In this document: piece after piece, positions 1 to 13,784 of the stretch
Layout of the letters: the number at the start of each line of letters is the position of its first letter
Numbering within the stretch: the stretch's first letter is position 1
Assembly (NCBI GenBank): GCA_051294905.1
Contig: CM119372.1
Location: 27,778,001-27,842,000 of the forward strand
DNA length: 64,000 nt
Direction: 5' to 3'
DNA from: Botryllus schlosseri
Lineage: Eukaryota
Translations under genes and position numbers: made by a program
Notes under the pieces: generated by a model
What the model was told of the DNA's origin: nothing
Database searches by the model: none
The model's input: only the letters and a program-made list of their open reading frames with translations

Positions 1-1389
1 AAAACGAATGATCGCGCAAACTGCGCGGATTAGTGAGTAAGCTCGTATTAGTCCTTGCCGCTCATATTTCGTGAAATGGCACGGGTTGAACTTCAAGTCA
101 AATCGAACATGCTCCCGGGCCTAAAATCTTACTTCACGACGATCTGAATGAGTTCAAAATTTGATATTTATTTTATTTTATCAATGGACAAGCCTTCAAC
201 ATAATGCATCTTGAAATTTTGTTATTAAATTGCTAAATACCTCGCGGACCGGCTGGAAAGGCGTCGCGGACCGGCGGTTGAGAACCACCGGTCTAGACTA
301 CATTTAGTCCATGTACGGTAAGACATTTTGTAATTCTTACTGCAATTGTCATTTATAGCCGGTCCTCTTCACGGTTCCCTGTTAGTCTTTCGACTCGGGT
401 GGTTTTCGGGGATATTCTCTCCGACAGGCCCCTCTCTTAAGGCCCATTCGCACATGCACGGTTCCCGGCCACGATTTTTGCCGTGCGGTTTTCTATCGTA
501 CGGTTAACAGGCCGTCTTGCCATGGGAATGTTCGTTCACACATGCACGATTCGTTCACGGCGGTCGTGGCTACGGCTATCGTACGGTCAATTTCTCCGTT
601 ATTTTGCTGCCGTACGGAAAGTTGGATCAAACAAACTTTCCGTGGCTGTCGTTGCCGCCGTGAGCTCAGTCGAAAGTGTGCTCCTATGGATTTAGCAGCT
701 TGTCGAGATGAATGTATTGAATAATTATCATGCATGCCGGTATGATGGTACTGCTATGCAGTAGTAATCAGTCGTTTTGTTATGTATGCTCGCCTGTTGT
801 GGTCATTCTATATTACTATGCGGATGTTATATGGGCTCCTCATCGCCGACCTCACTGCAACTTAAAAAGCCCAGTCGCAGAGGGCCGAGCTGTAGCCTAA
901 GTCGGCAGCAAAAGAGACGATTATGAAGCGCGCGTGACAGAGTGCCTGAGAGAGTGCAAGAACATTAACGACACGAAGAAATAAATTCATTGTACTGTAC
1001 AAATTGTAATGCCGTGGAGCACAAAGTCATAAACAGGCTATAAGCACCACTGCACACATTATTGGGCACTGTGCACATTCTTCGGAAGGCCTTGAATGCA
1101 CCACTGGACTAAAATTACATTGTGAATCACAGCATAATTTCTGTAATTTCGATTCTTCATCTTCAATCATCTCTACCTCTGCTCTGTAACCCTTGCCAAT
1201 TCTTCATCTGCTGCAATTCTGTAATCTGACTTCTCCATGTATTCCATAGGAATAACAATTTGAATGTATTACTGAAATTTTAAAAATTTACTCCAATCTC
1301 GCCATTTTCCTGTGGGGGCAGGTTGCTTCCCGGATTATGTGTGTATTTACCAGTTTTACTGTGAATAAAGAATATAATAATGCACCAAT

Positions 1390-2250
1390 GCACCACATGC
1401 ATCACCCAAAATCTGATACACAAAGACTGTACAGTGTACATCCCCAGAAAAAAGGTGGTCGAGGACTACAATAAATTGAACAAACTTTCAAAACAGAAAT
1501 CATTGGCTTGTCACAGTACGTCAACAACAGCGATAACATTTATTGCAAACTCATTGCACAGGAAGACAAACAGCGCAAAACAAAGTCTCTGAGCTATCGT
1601 CACGACAAGCACGTCAGAGAAGTCAACATGGAAACAGCTAACCTGTACGCTGCTGAAAACACTATTGCCAAACCCACAACAATAGCAAAAGCAGCACGAG
1701 TTCGATACAAAAATGCAACGCTCAAAATAAGAGAAACGATATGGGAGTCAATGCCTCTTCATGGACAGTACAAAAAGTTAACTTCACAGTCCCATGTAGA
1801 CGAGCTTTCATGGACCTGGTTATCCAGCTCTGGTCTGAAACCGGCAAGCGAAGGATTTATTTTCGCAGCACAAGACCAATCGCTTCCTACAAAATACTAT
1901 CGCAAAAGAATTCTGAAGCAAAACACAGACGGCAAATGCAGAATGTGCCACAACCAAAATGAAACTGTGGCCCATCTCATGTCCGGCTGTGGTGCACTTG
2001 CAGTTACCGAATGCACATGGAGGCACAATAGGATTGGTCACTACATTCATCTTGAATTATGCAAACATTTTAACATCACCACTTCGACAAAAAAATGGTA
2101 CGATTACAGCCCAGCACCAGTGACAGAAAACGACCAGGTGAAAATTCTGTGGGATGTTCTAGTTATAACTGACCGCGAAATCAGAAGCAACCGCCTGGAT
2201 ATGATCATCAAACTAAAAAAGAAAAGAGAATGCTTGTTCATTGAACTGGA
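1390..2250 (+). pseudogene. Degraded 3' fragment of an RLE-type (R4/Dong-like) non-LTR retrotransposon
   Basis: HHPKSDTQRLY-IPRKKGGRGL (frameshifted by a short TGTACA duplication), then ORF 1508-2305 with SEGFIFAAQDQ, CCHC knuckle CRMC..ETVAHLMSGC, RHN, KILWD and SNRLDMII (degenerate PD motif). Confidence 0.85.
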
Positions 2251-5200
2251 TCCGGCCTGCGAAGGGATTTTGTCCGGCCCGCGGACAGTTTTTCGTCTTA
2301 CATGATAATGTGGGCCGCCGGCCCCAGTCTTCCGAGATTCCCCACTACTTCGTCGCAGTGGAATCAAAGTGATTTATGTCCATTTTACACATTTTGAGAA
2401 AATTGACTTTACGTAAAGTTTTCATCCCTTTTCAGCCATATATTGGCCCAGATTAACTTTGAATTAATGACACAGACATAACCATGGCCAAGATATCGCC
2501 GAAATAAATTGAAAAGTTTTCAAAAACTTGATTTTTTTCCAGTTTTAAAATTGGACCTTCAAAATTTGAAAACTTGACATAAGTCACTTTGATTCCAATG
2601 CGACGACTTGCTTAAATACATCAAATTTTAGTGACTGTATGTTATTATATACGTGTATGCGCAGCTAGCTAGGGTAGAGCTCACGCGTAAGTTCGTCGAA
2701 GCGAGAAGACTTGCATTATCGGCATTTACACGGTACTGAACGCTAATGTAATTTGTGGTAATCATGGTGTTTGTCGACGACAATGGTCATTTACACCAGC
2801 CCGATATTTCTTATATTTTTGATTCCGCAACCGTCGACTTGTAGCGCGGCGCACACTGCTAGGCTTTTGTAAGACACCGCTTATGCCAGGTGTCGCCAAC
2901 TGAAAACGGGTCGCGGGCCAATTTCAAATTTGGAGGTCGCGGCTCGCATGAATTCAATATCAAGATAGACAGGCGACACAGTTTAACAACCACGCTATCT
3001 CGTCACCTACTAAACCTTAATGCATTGATATCTTAGTAAATCTGGGGTACCGGGCTTATTGAACGCCTTGAAATCATAATTAAGGATTGCAACGTGTGTT
3101 GATTGATCAGAGACAAGCAGACATGGTGGTACCTGTATGACAGGAATGCCCAACCTGCGGCCGTAGAAGCAAATTTGTGCGGCCGTGGACACGTAATTCA
3201 ATTAGTAGGTGTTCGAGGCCGTCGACATGGAATTTGAATTTACGAATTGACTCCCGATTTCTTGAAAGATTTTAATTATTCTTGAAATTTTCTTCGCGCA
3301 GGGCGCGATTCAATGCGACTTCATTTTTGGATTTTAATATAGTTGCGCACTTTGCAGTACAGTTGCGAACAGATGCGCCTCATATAGAAATACCAACTCG
3401 GAATCGCGTGTACTTCACTATACCGACAATCCTGACGGGAGGTCAAGACATGCAAAGAACAGCATGAAACAAAGTGACTAATAATAATTGGCCTGCCGGA
3501 AGATGCATCATCATTCATAACCTGCCCTTAATTTTTGAAAACTGCCCTGCATCAACTCTACCGGTGACTCTGATCAAATGGGATGAGAAATAATATGTAA
3601 AACTACTAATTTTAATGACGAAATTCATGAATGAATCTGAAAAAGTTTTCGCGCTTGGCGCGACTATGAGCAGCCTACATTATTCAATAAATTAGTACGG
3701 AGTTCACCGGAAATGGACATAGACACTTTAACTTGAGCATTTGGCGTCCTGCTAGTTCATTACGATTATGCCTTGGAATGCGGCCGTAGGCTACATGAGT
3801 AGTCGAAATGCGGCCGTGACTGGCAAAAAGGGTGGCCACCCCTGCTGTATGACAATGCTGTTCTCAAATCCACATTGTCTTCGTCATTATCGGCGAGAAA
3901 TGGCTTTGACGTTGCAATTGCTGTGGTTAAAATACATTCAGTAAATACGATTTATTCCGTGTATACGTGGATAAATGGCCAATAATGTATCGATTCAGCA
4001 ATCCGGCCCGCCAAGTACTTAATTTTCCTATATCCGGCCCGCCGATTGGAGAAGTTGCCCGCACCTGCCCTACATCAACATCAATTGCTGATGTACTACA
4101 AACATCTGGTATGTCCATTTCCATTAATTTATAATATTCATTTTTGTATTACTGCTGTAATTTCATTCAGTGATTCAGCGATGAGTAATAAGTCTTGCGA
4201 AATGCTTACTACTCATGAAAAAATATTTGGAGTAGAGACAGATGCAGAAGTTAGTGATAGTTAACTATTCTAGAATGAATATCGGTTGTGATAGTCCTGT
4301 TTATTTTTGTTGCAATTTTATATTGTAGCCTATATCTTAAATATTGTTGTGGCACAACTCTTGCCTTCATATCAACCGGAATGCAATAACTGGAATGTCC
4401 CTCAACCAAATCTTCTACATGGCTATTATAATTATATTTCTTCGTAGGGAGAAGAAGCCGATGAGGTTATGCTCCTGATGGAGGTACAAAAAGCAGTAAC
4501 TGAAAAGAGAATAAGGGCACAGCAAGATGTGAGGGCGATTAGGCTTTATGAGGTGAGTTGAACCTGGTATTGTGTGAACAATGAGCATAGATGTACCATA
4601 ACGTATTGATTTGTCAGATTTGTACTGATTTCGACTCTTGTCCTGATTTTCGGCAAACATTGCTCGGCGTTATCCGTCACATCTGGAACGTTTTTCATGC
4701 CAGGATTTGGCACAAGTTCGAACTCAACAGACCATCACAAAAGTACCGCTAGTTGTCTGAAAATTTCGTGGCTTAACATGGGCGCATGTTGAGTTAGTTC
4801 AAATTCGGGGTCTGTTGATTTCAGACGTGTGCTTCAAAAATGCAGCACGAATGTTTTTGGGTGCTGAAAATATAGTAGGCAAGGCCTATGTTTTGATTAA
4901 CTCGGTTTACGTTATGACGGTGCAATAAACACACTCGAACTGAAAACAGGCCTCTAAACAATAAATAATTATTAAATATATTTGAATTACATCATTTATT
5001 TCATAAGGCTAAATCTAAGTTAGAATGAGCTGGTGTAAATTCGTTTTCCTCCCGTACCCTGGAAAATCATTTCTGCTGCTAATGTAGTTTTTGGTTGTCC
5101 TTACTTTTGAGTCCATGACGATGGCTACCATGGATATAGAGCACGGAATCAGTGAATGTGAACATAATTCTTGTCTCGCTCCAAAAGGAACCTGTATGAT

Positions 5201-5330
5201 GGTATACTGATCAAATCTTATTGAATCAATAAACGTTAGTAAACATACTAGTTTATGGTTTACCCTCGACAGTAATCAGAACTTCATATGTTCAAGTACT
5301 GATTTACAGAAGATATCTGATGATGTAGAC

Positions 5331-5672
5331 TAGGCTTACCATATTTTGGAAATGTAAAAAGAGGACACTTTTTCAGAGATTTCAGACATGCAAAACTGGA
5401 GAAAATTTCTCCAACTTCGTGATCGGTTGACTAAAAAAAAAAAGGTCTTCTTTTCGCTCAGAGCTTAAATCACCACTTTTCCCTCCGAAATACCCGCCGG
5501 AGCTTCACTTCTGCGCTAATTTACGGCATATCACTCGCGATTTCCTTTAAATCTGACCTAATATTTCAAAAAAGAGGACAAAATCTCAAAAAAGAGGACA
5601 AAAGGGCGTCCTCCGAGAACACTTTCAAAAAAGTCAAAAAATCCTCTTAAAAGAGGACGTATGGTATGCCTA
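5331..5672. mobile_element. hAT-type MITE (342 bp)
   Basis: TIR TAGGCTTACCATA / TATGGTATGCCTA; perfect 8-bp TSD ATGTAGAC (5323-5330, 5673-5680); internal AAAAAGAGGACA repeats. Confidence 0.9.
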
Positions 5673-5689
5673 ATGTAGACACCCGTTGG

Positions 5690-7060
5690 ACTATCAAGCC
5701 CCATTTCTATGTACGATAGTTTGTCACTAATTATCACTGCAAGTCCTCCACTGCGAACTGTCTTGTCTCGTCTGATTCCACGGTAGCTAATGAATTTTGG
5801 TACGTAGTCGGGAATTAGATGCGTCTCTTGGGAGTAGCATAATATCTGATCGCTTTCAAAGTTCGGATAGATATCGCTTGAACTCTTGGATTTTCCGATA
5901 AATACCGCGACAATTCCATTGTAGTATACACATTACACAATCCTTTATTGATAGCCATCGCTCACAACGCTCATGAAAGATGTCAGCGATTCACTGTCAA
6001 TTGGTAAGCGGAGCCGTTTTCGCGTCGCACATGAAATTACATGGGAAATGTCTATCGCTTCTTTGGATTGACAAGATATGATGGTGACTCTGATTATTTC
6101 AGATATGAATGCAAGCATTACGGGTAGAGAGATGTCATCAGTGATAATATCAAGTCTTCTGGGATCTGCGATCCGTTGCTAGGCGGAACAGTACTTTTTT
6201 TGGCTTGCGTCAAATTTCATACGTATGGAATTGGATAGGTGGGTGTTTTGGGTGTCCGAGCATTTGGTTCTGGAGATGGATCTTGGATTGTAGGCTATTT
6301 GGCACTCTAGTTATATCACTGTACGAAGGAATTTCAAGGGTAGTAGTGGGTCTACTCTCGACTTGCACTTTTGCTCTCGCTGTTTCGTGATAAATTTTCT
6401 CGCTTTCTTTCAGTTTCTGTATTTGTCGTTCACTTTCGTATGCTCCACAATGCAGAACTATTATTACCTGAACAGTTAACGCATTTCATATCACACGTGC
6501 AATTTGAATATTCGTGATCTCACCCGCCACATGTCGAACCGGTGGCTTTAGAACCGCAATTCTTTCATATGTGTCCGAATCGGTTACACTAGTGGCATCT
6601 CAATAATGGGGGTTCCATGGTCTTGTCTTGAATTTGAAATAGCCGATTGCGACAGCACATGTGGAGATTCTACATTAAAGCCAAGCAGTACGGTGAGACT
6701 CTCTACGTATCCATCATCTGTTTTGCGCTCAAGACGTTTTGCGAATGTCACTCCATAATATGATATTACGATTTCATATTCACACAGATCAGTTGGACCA
6801 CCATTAAAGACGGCTCTGGAAGCATGTGTCCAATTTAGGTAGCGCATAACTTTCACAGGGATGCGGGTTTTCGACTCTTTAGCAATTATCTGCTCAGTAC
6901 CAAGAAGGGTGTTTACCTGCTTTTCGTTGTGGCATACCTTCTCATATTATCTTCCGATGGCAAAACCATAACGTTCGCATAATCGCTTACTATAGATACA
7001 ATCCCACATGAACGGCAATCGGATTCCAGTGCTTAATTTTGCGTGCGATCCCAGTGATAA
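5690..7060 (-). pseudogene. Old relic of an I-group LINE (ORF1 plus APE N-terminus), related to the LINE at 34980-53193
   Basis: Minus-strand translations LERKTDDGYVESLTVLLGFNV (cf. LKRKSTDGYVASLSMLLGFNV), CILQWNCRGIYRKIQEFK and QETHLIPDYVPK...RDKTVRSGGLAVIISDKLSY (cf. ORF2 QETHLIGKYVPK...KDKTLRSGGLAILINKQLSY); stops and frameshifts; boundaries approximate. Confidence 0.85.
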
Positions 7061-7415
7061 TCACTTGCCACATTGTTAGATGATATCGTGCAGACAGAGC
7101 ACACAAAATATTGGGTCGTCAGTATTGCAAAATCAGATTTACTGGGCCTATACTCAAGTATATAATACGTATTTATTTTACAAAAACCATTGTGTAAAGG
7201 TATTTACTACATCGGAAAAGGTAGTTTCTATCTTCTTTACAAAATTCTGTATAAAAGTGGTCGGTGGCTTAATAAAATCAGTATTTATTTTATAAAATTC
7301 TTAGCATAAAAAAAGTCTTTACCAAATCTATTCGAGTACTATCAAAATTAGAAGTAGTCCCTTACTAACCACCTCTGGTTACAGGCGTACAGATATAGCC
7401 TTTCTGGTCCATTTC

Positions 7416-9069
7416 CAGAGGTGGTCAAAGTAGTCAAGAAAGCTACTCAAGTAGAAGTAGAAGTAGCGACGAAAAAATCTACTCAAGTACGAGTAGAAGT
7501 ACTTCTTCCATAAGCACCCTAAAACTACTTGAAGTAGAATTAGAATTGCCTGACTTTAAAAGTACTCAAGTAAGTAGTTGTGAAAACGATCCTAATTCGT
7601 TCACATGGATTGTACAAAGGTGCAAATTAAGCTATGCGAAAGGTGGCGAGCTTGATTCATATTGATGCATACCAGCAGGTATTCAATTGTCGATGGCATA
7701 AGCATTCGTCCACATCATGGGATGAAAATGATAGGATTGTTATGGAAATGCGATGCTTATCCTTTGTTTTCTCGAACTGCATGTTTTAGAAAAAAAGCAT
7801 GGTATGGCGCCATCCCCAATATTATAAGGTCCGTAGTTTAGTCGAACAGCAATACGCAGAAGTTGTATAGGATACGGTGTAAACACTTTGCGCGATTAGT
7901 AAACGTTAACAAAAAAATATGGTGGGCCGTAAAAATGCCATATTGTGTAGCTTTATTTTCGGAAATCGAAGGCATTACTACACTTGCTTTTATACTTCAA
8001 CATGTATGTTATCCAGACAAAACAACTGAGATTAATTATAACTCAAAGTATGTGATACTGGCGATTGAAAATGAACCATAAATACTACTTCTAAAAGGGG
8101 AACACGTTTTTCATGCCTTTAGTCCAGAAAGTTTCAAAGGTGGTATGCTAAAACAGGTGTAAAGCTGAAAAAAGTCCGAGTCCACTTTTCCACGTTGGAA
8201 CGCGCCATGGACATTCTAGATTGCGAAACATCAGTTTCAAACGTTATGATAAGCCATGTATACTGTGATGAATTATTTCATATGGGCGAAGGGCGACAAT
8301 GTGGTGTAAACGCGGGATTATCTAGATATCTAGTTCTAGATATCCCTGTCTGAACGGAACCATGCCAACCCGCTACCTAAATTAAATTCATCGATACTTT
8401 CGTGAAATCCTACTGGTAACTCCAAGTGCGGAGCATGGACCGGAGCCGGATTGGACATCCAGCCGGATTTTGACAATTTTGGCCGGACCGAATCGGAGCC
8501 GGATCAGTACTTTTTTGATACGGCCAGAATCTTTATGGATAAGCATGACTTTTATAACTAAACAACTACCAACCAACCACTCGCAAGTAACCGCCAAGCC
8601 ATTGCGAACATAAACGAGGCATATTTATCAATTCACGGAACCCCCGTACCGTGTAGGGCCGGATTTTTGGCCGGACTAATTCATTTTTGGCCGGAGCCGG
8701 ATCAGTACTTTTCCCTGATACGGGCGGAGCCGGACCAGAGTATTTGACGATCCGCTCCGCACTAGTAACGCCGTATCCACTGCGCGCGAAGCGCGACGAA
8801 AATTCTGGGCTTTACTGAACTTTTATGAAGATTAAATGTTGATACTCCGTGAAAACAGCCCCGAAATTCCTCAGGCTATCTTCCTGATTAGAAAATTGAA
8901 CTACTTCTACTTGACAAACTGAAAATAGCGAAAAGTAAGTAAGTAGATCACAAAATATTACGAAGTAGAAGTAGCGAAAATCAGATCTACTTGAGTAAGT
9001 ACCAGAAGTATAGGGACACTACTTGAGTACTTCGAAAAAGTAGAAGTACTTCGTTACTGACCACCTCTG
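7416..9069. mobile_element. Non-autonomous hAT-like element with TACTCAAGTA/GAAGTA subterminal repeats
   Basis: TIR CAGAGGTGGTCA / TGACCACCTCTG; degenerate 8-bp TSD TCCATTTC / TATATTTC. Confidence 0.75.
8424..8764. mobile_element. MITE with CCGG-rich subterminal repeats, nested in 7416-9069
   Basis: Termini AAGTGCGGAGC / GCTCCGCACTA; TSD GTAACTCC / GTAACGCC; repeated GGCCGGA and GAGCCGGATCAGTACTTTT. Confidence 0.75.
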
Positions 9070-10749
9070 TATATTTCATGTCAGTGGTTCTCAACCTTTT
9101 TGTCTTTGCGGACCACTTTGGACCGTCACGGACCCCTCAAGTTTTCATTCAAGATTAGCTTCATTATCGTGCAACCGTCATCTGTCTTATGCAAATATTA
9201 ACTGTATCCACTGCATAAGGATGTAGTCTTGGTTTAAGAATTTTTGGTACATTTATGACAGAGGGCGGAATCCTTTTTAGTTAAAGGAGTCATGTTAAGC
9301 CTATCTTTTCAATCATCAATATCAATTTACTTTCACGTCATAATTCAAGATTCGTGACATCATGTCTAAAAAGCAAAAAATCAAAATCATAAATAGAATG
9401 TCTTAGACAAATGCCATTATTTTAACATGTTTGATTTAAATTGATTTTTGTTTTAAATGCAGCCCTGAGCCCAAGTGAGACTCTTCATTCGTGACGGCTG
9501 CACGATTCACAATAGAGAATTAGGATTACCTAACCTTGTAATAAAAACTGCTGCTCCACGTTGCTGTTGATACTTTCAAAACACAGTAAGTTTTATCGAC
9601 ATCCTTGGCCTTGCGTGATTCAATAGAATTTTAACTTTCTGCAATGGACTTCTTGCGTGTGTTCCATGTCCATTAACATTTATGTTAAGGAAACAATTAC
9701 GCAAAACCTGTAACTCGTAATTTAAATAGCATATATTTATAATACGCTATTTGCCAGGCAGGAGTTACTAATTTATGAATTCGAAGAAAGGCGTGATCTC
9801 GAACCAAGGAATACCGCAAACGAATGCAGGTTCCATACATACTGAGCTATCGCAGCGGTTCCTCGCCAATCATTGAAGTCAAACAGCACACCGAACACAA
9901 GGTAACTCTACCCAGTTCTACAGCCAAAAACATTACCAACGATTAAATTCTCAAGAGGAATACTTAGTTGTGACATCACAAATATAATAATGTAATAATT
10001 GAGATGAACGTTGTTATATCACATAGTATTTAATGTGCTACATTCAGCATGATAACATCACGGTATGTCATGCCATGACGTATATTCCATTGCATGGGAT
10101 GCAAACTAGTTAGCGAGGAAGCGAGTGGGAAATACCCAAGTTCGAATCTGATTGTCTTTGGGGGAATAAAACCGCGATCCCTGCCCCATCGTAACCTTTG
10201 GATAACCGCCATAATTTCAAACAATGTTTATTACATATTAGTACTCCGTAAAATACATAACATCGATTAAGATTCTAATAAATGATCCGACTAATTATAC
10301 ATTGATACAAAATAAAGCATGACTAGGACAATAGCTGAATGAACATCACATATGACGGCTACATTATGTAGCGCGATGCATTGCTCGAGAAATATTCATC
10401 AAAACCTCAGCTCCGACAAACGCAGGTCTTACATCTGTATTCCGCAAACTGTTCCAAAAAAATCATGAATTGTCCCTTGGCAATTTTTAAAATGACTTTC
10501 GGTCCCTTAAAATCAATACAAAACGATGCGTTTGATTTTATAGTGTCAATGCCACAAGTGTTTTGCAACCAGCTCGACTGGGTGTGGTTGCGTTTCTGAG
10601 AACGCAACTCTAATATCATGAATGACATTCAGCTGGTTAAAATCCACATTCAACACCCGAAAACGTTGATCTTGGCCCTCAGTGGGGGATCGATCTAATA
10701 TCTGGAGGACGAGTCCTTCAGATCCCTCTTACCCCTATGGATAATTTCA

Positions 10750-11880
10750 TAGGGTTGCCATACGTCCGGAATTTCCCGGACATGTCCGGAATTTCACTGT
10801 TCAAACTAGCGTCCGGGAGGAATTTTTAAAATATGCCAAATGTCCGAAATTTTGAAGATTTATCGACGTAGGCTCATAATTTTTTCGTAAATCAACAAAA
10901 AACATTATTTTTGGGAATATTTATGCTGATGCATGATAATTTTCTTTGCGCTGCGCGCGATTTACCATCACATTTATTGATTTTAATATGAAGACTACCA
11001 TACCCTCGCAAAAACTGCAATAAAATATTGATAAAAGAACCTTCATTTACTGGAATAAGCCTAATTGTAATCTCAATTATAGGAGAACGGAATATTCCTA
11101 GAGATCGTTAAGGCCGTTTAAATGCTTTATTCAAAGATAGTGGTTCCAACGTGGGGGTCGTTTGCCTTTATTCTGGGGTTCGTGAATATGTTGAACGTAA
11201 TCAGCCTCCAATATAACTCGTGAGTAAGTCCGGGCAAAGGTGCTGACTTCTTTTAGTAATCAGCTCGTCAAATTTTTATCTGGGCTAAGGAACACTTTTC
11301 GGAGATGGAGTCGCGACCATAAAAAGTTGGAAGCCACTGGATGTGGGGTGTTTATAAAGCTCCGTGGTGCGCACCGGCATAAGGCTGATAAACGATCTTA
11401 TCGGTTGGGCATGAACATGACTTAACGATGTAAAATTACGCTCCCTGTATTATCGAACTCATAATCCTCCACCAGCTCTACCGCTAACTCTGATCATGTG
11501 GGCGGAGAGTAGTAACTATCTATAGTTATATATGGAACAACCGAACAAACAATACTATTGACAGAAGTCACTCAATTAATTTAACAAGATGCATATAGAA
11601 ACCAGATTCATATAGCAAGCCCCCCCACCCTCCCCAGAAGTTGTATCGAATACCCTATGGTGGGCTCAAAATCATTGTTGATTTGGGTGGGAAGGGGCTA
11701 AAAACATGTGCTTTCGGTCCCTGTAACACAACACACAGCCACATACTCCCGAACCGGATCGTGAACACCTCTGGTCTATGAGCAAAGCTTTGCTAGTGTG
11801 ACGTCATAACTCATTTTGAAATCCACTAGTGGGCGCTAAAGGGTGTCCGGAATTTGGGTCACAGAAATATGGTAACCCTA
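10750..11880. mobile_element. hAT-type non-autonomous element (1131 bp)
   Basis: TIR TAGGGTTGCCATA / TATGGTAACCCTA; perfect TSD TAATTTCA; TGTCCGGAATTT subterminal repeats. Confidence 0.9.
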
Positions 11881-13170
11881 TAATTTCATCACTTTACACA
11901 CCCGTTCCGCAAACGGTGTTTTGCTGTATTAGGTACTAGCCAATAAGTGAGATTTGCAGAAAAGTCATTATTACAATATGGCTTGATCGCGGAAATACGT
12001 CGACCTTTGCATTACAAAAATTGGTTTGCATTCATTGAAAGATTTGTCAGTCATTGTATTCTTTAGAAAACACCGTTGGGGATCGTTGAGATGCTTTAGT
12101 GAAGGGCCGTGCAATGATCAGGTACGGGACTACGATACACAGGTAGGCTATTCAGAGAGCAACCCGCTTTCCGGACTGGACCACATGACGACGTGAAGTT
12201 TTCGGCAACGTACGGATGACAAAAGTGCGGTGTCAACAAGATCTGCGGTGGTAAAACCTTGGCTAAAATTACCGTAGCTGGCTCACCAAAGCCTTCAATA
12301 TTTGTATGTCCGGTCGTCGAAAGGGGTGGCATTCGGCACAGGTCCGTCCTCAAAGTATGAGTAGACAGAAGTTGAAATGCAGCCCGCAGGGGAGTATAAT
12401 TCACCTCAATTTGAAAAGGTGTGCGAAAAAAATGTTTCTCATTGCTGCGTTGCATACAACTGTCTTCTGCGCGTTCGCTATATCATACAATTCCGTAAAA
12501 ACATATAGCATACTAATAGAGGTTTTGGGTCGCGAGATGCCACTAAACTCAGATTGCGTCACGGCCTGAAAAGTTTAGTAACCCCTATGCTAATAAATCG
12601 ATAAGATTTCGAAACATAAAAATACATTTTCCGTACTGTAACTCGAGTTGTAGTATAACGACTCTTTCTTCTAATGCCCATCGGTAGTAGCCCCACTGCC
12701 TGCGGTCTGATCCCACTGATAGTTATCCGTTCCATCATACCAGTCTGAAAATTACCGAATAAATAGCATAGGTTAAATTCGGTGGGTCATTGGTCCATTA
12801 TACTCTACTCGTACACGACATCGCGGTTGCATGCTCAATCCTCATACAGGAGTGATCGGCAAAATTTTGTATGTAGTGTGCGAAATATCAACTCGTGTGT
12901 CAAATATTTCTATTTTCGACATAAATATGGTTCGGAGGAAAGAATCCCACCAACCTAGGGCTAGGGTTACGGTAAGGGTGGGGGTTAGGGGGATCGGCGG
13001 CTATTCGGAATAGACAACGACAACAGCTTATGACGCCTGGGTCGGAAAATATAATAGTTTATTTGATAGGTATTCATTCACGCGAACGTCGTTGCAAAAA
13101 GTATTTTTCTGGTAGCGTTTTTCAGTCTTTAATCTTCATTTCGAACAGGTTATACCATGTCACTATATAT

Positions 13171-13716
13171 CAGGGGCGGGCAACATACGGCCCGCGACGG
13201 AACTTCGAAAGGCCCGCCGAGAGTTTCTACTCTGAAAGTGAAATTCAAGTCTGAAGGCATTGACAAATTTTATGCGTCAAAGAATGAGTCAAGTTTGCCA
13301 ATCTGATAAAGGTGGTCACGAAACTACTTGTTGTGTTCGGGTCATATTGGCGAGCGAACATTTTCGACCGTGAACATTAACAAAACAAGGCTGCGTTTCA
13401 ATATAACTGATGTTCACGAGCAGTCCTTACTAAGGGTTTTAACATTCGACCTTCAGCGAAAGTTCGAAGAACATGTTGACATATTTGATCTGATTGACTT
13501 CCACAGCTTTTGAAGTTAAGAAGTAGCTTACATTAGGTTATTATCGTCATTTGAAAGTGTTTTTGATATCTATTGTTTAAACTTGAAGTTCACATTAAGT
13601 ACGACTTTTATCTTGCATAAGCGGATAAATACGCGATCAATTTATCGATTCTGGAATATGGCCCGCCATGTAATTAATCTTCCAATATCTGAACCGCTGA
13701 CCTAAGAAGTTGCCCA
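13171..13716 (+). mobile_element. Deleted Buster/Charlie-type hAT relic with transposase C-terminal remnant
   Basis: Left end CAGGGGCGGGCAACATACGGCCCGCG, degenerate right end AAGTTGCCCA; peptide ERTFSTVNINKTRLRFNITDVHEQSLLR (13328-13513) resembles the hAT dimerisation region. Confidence 0.65.
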
Positions 13717-13784
13717 TATCGACGTACGGATTTTGATAATGGGTATCTATACAAAATAAATGTCTCAGTCTACGACCATTGCAC

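Noticed and set aside
441..1260. PIF/Harbinger-like element (TTAA-GGCCCATTCGCACATGC start, possible MADF remnant)
   Set aside because: No matching right TIR or TSD found and the peptide similarity is too weak.
12955..12992. Telomeric repeat
   Set aside because: Only a few degenerate TAGGG units; better explained as an internal TE motif.
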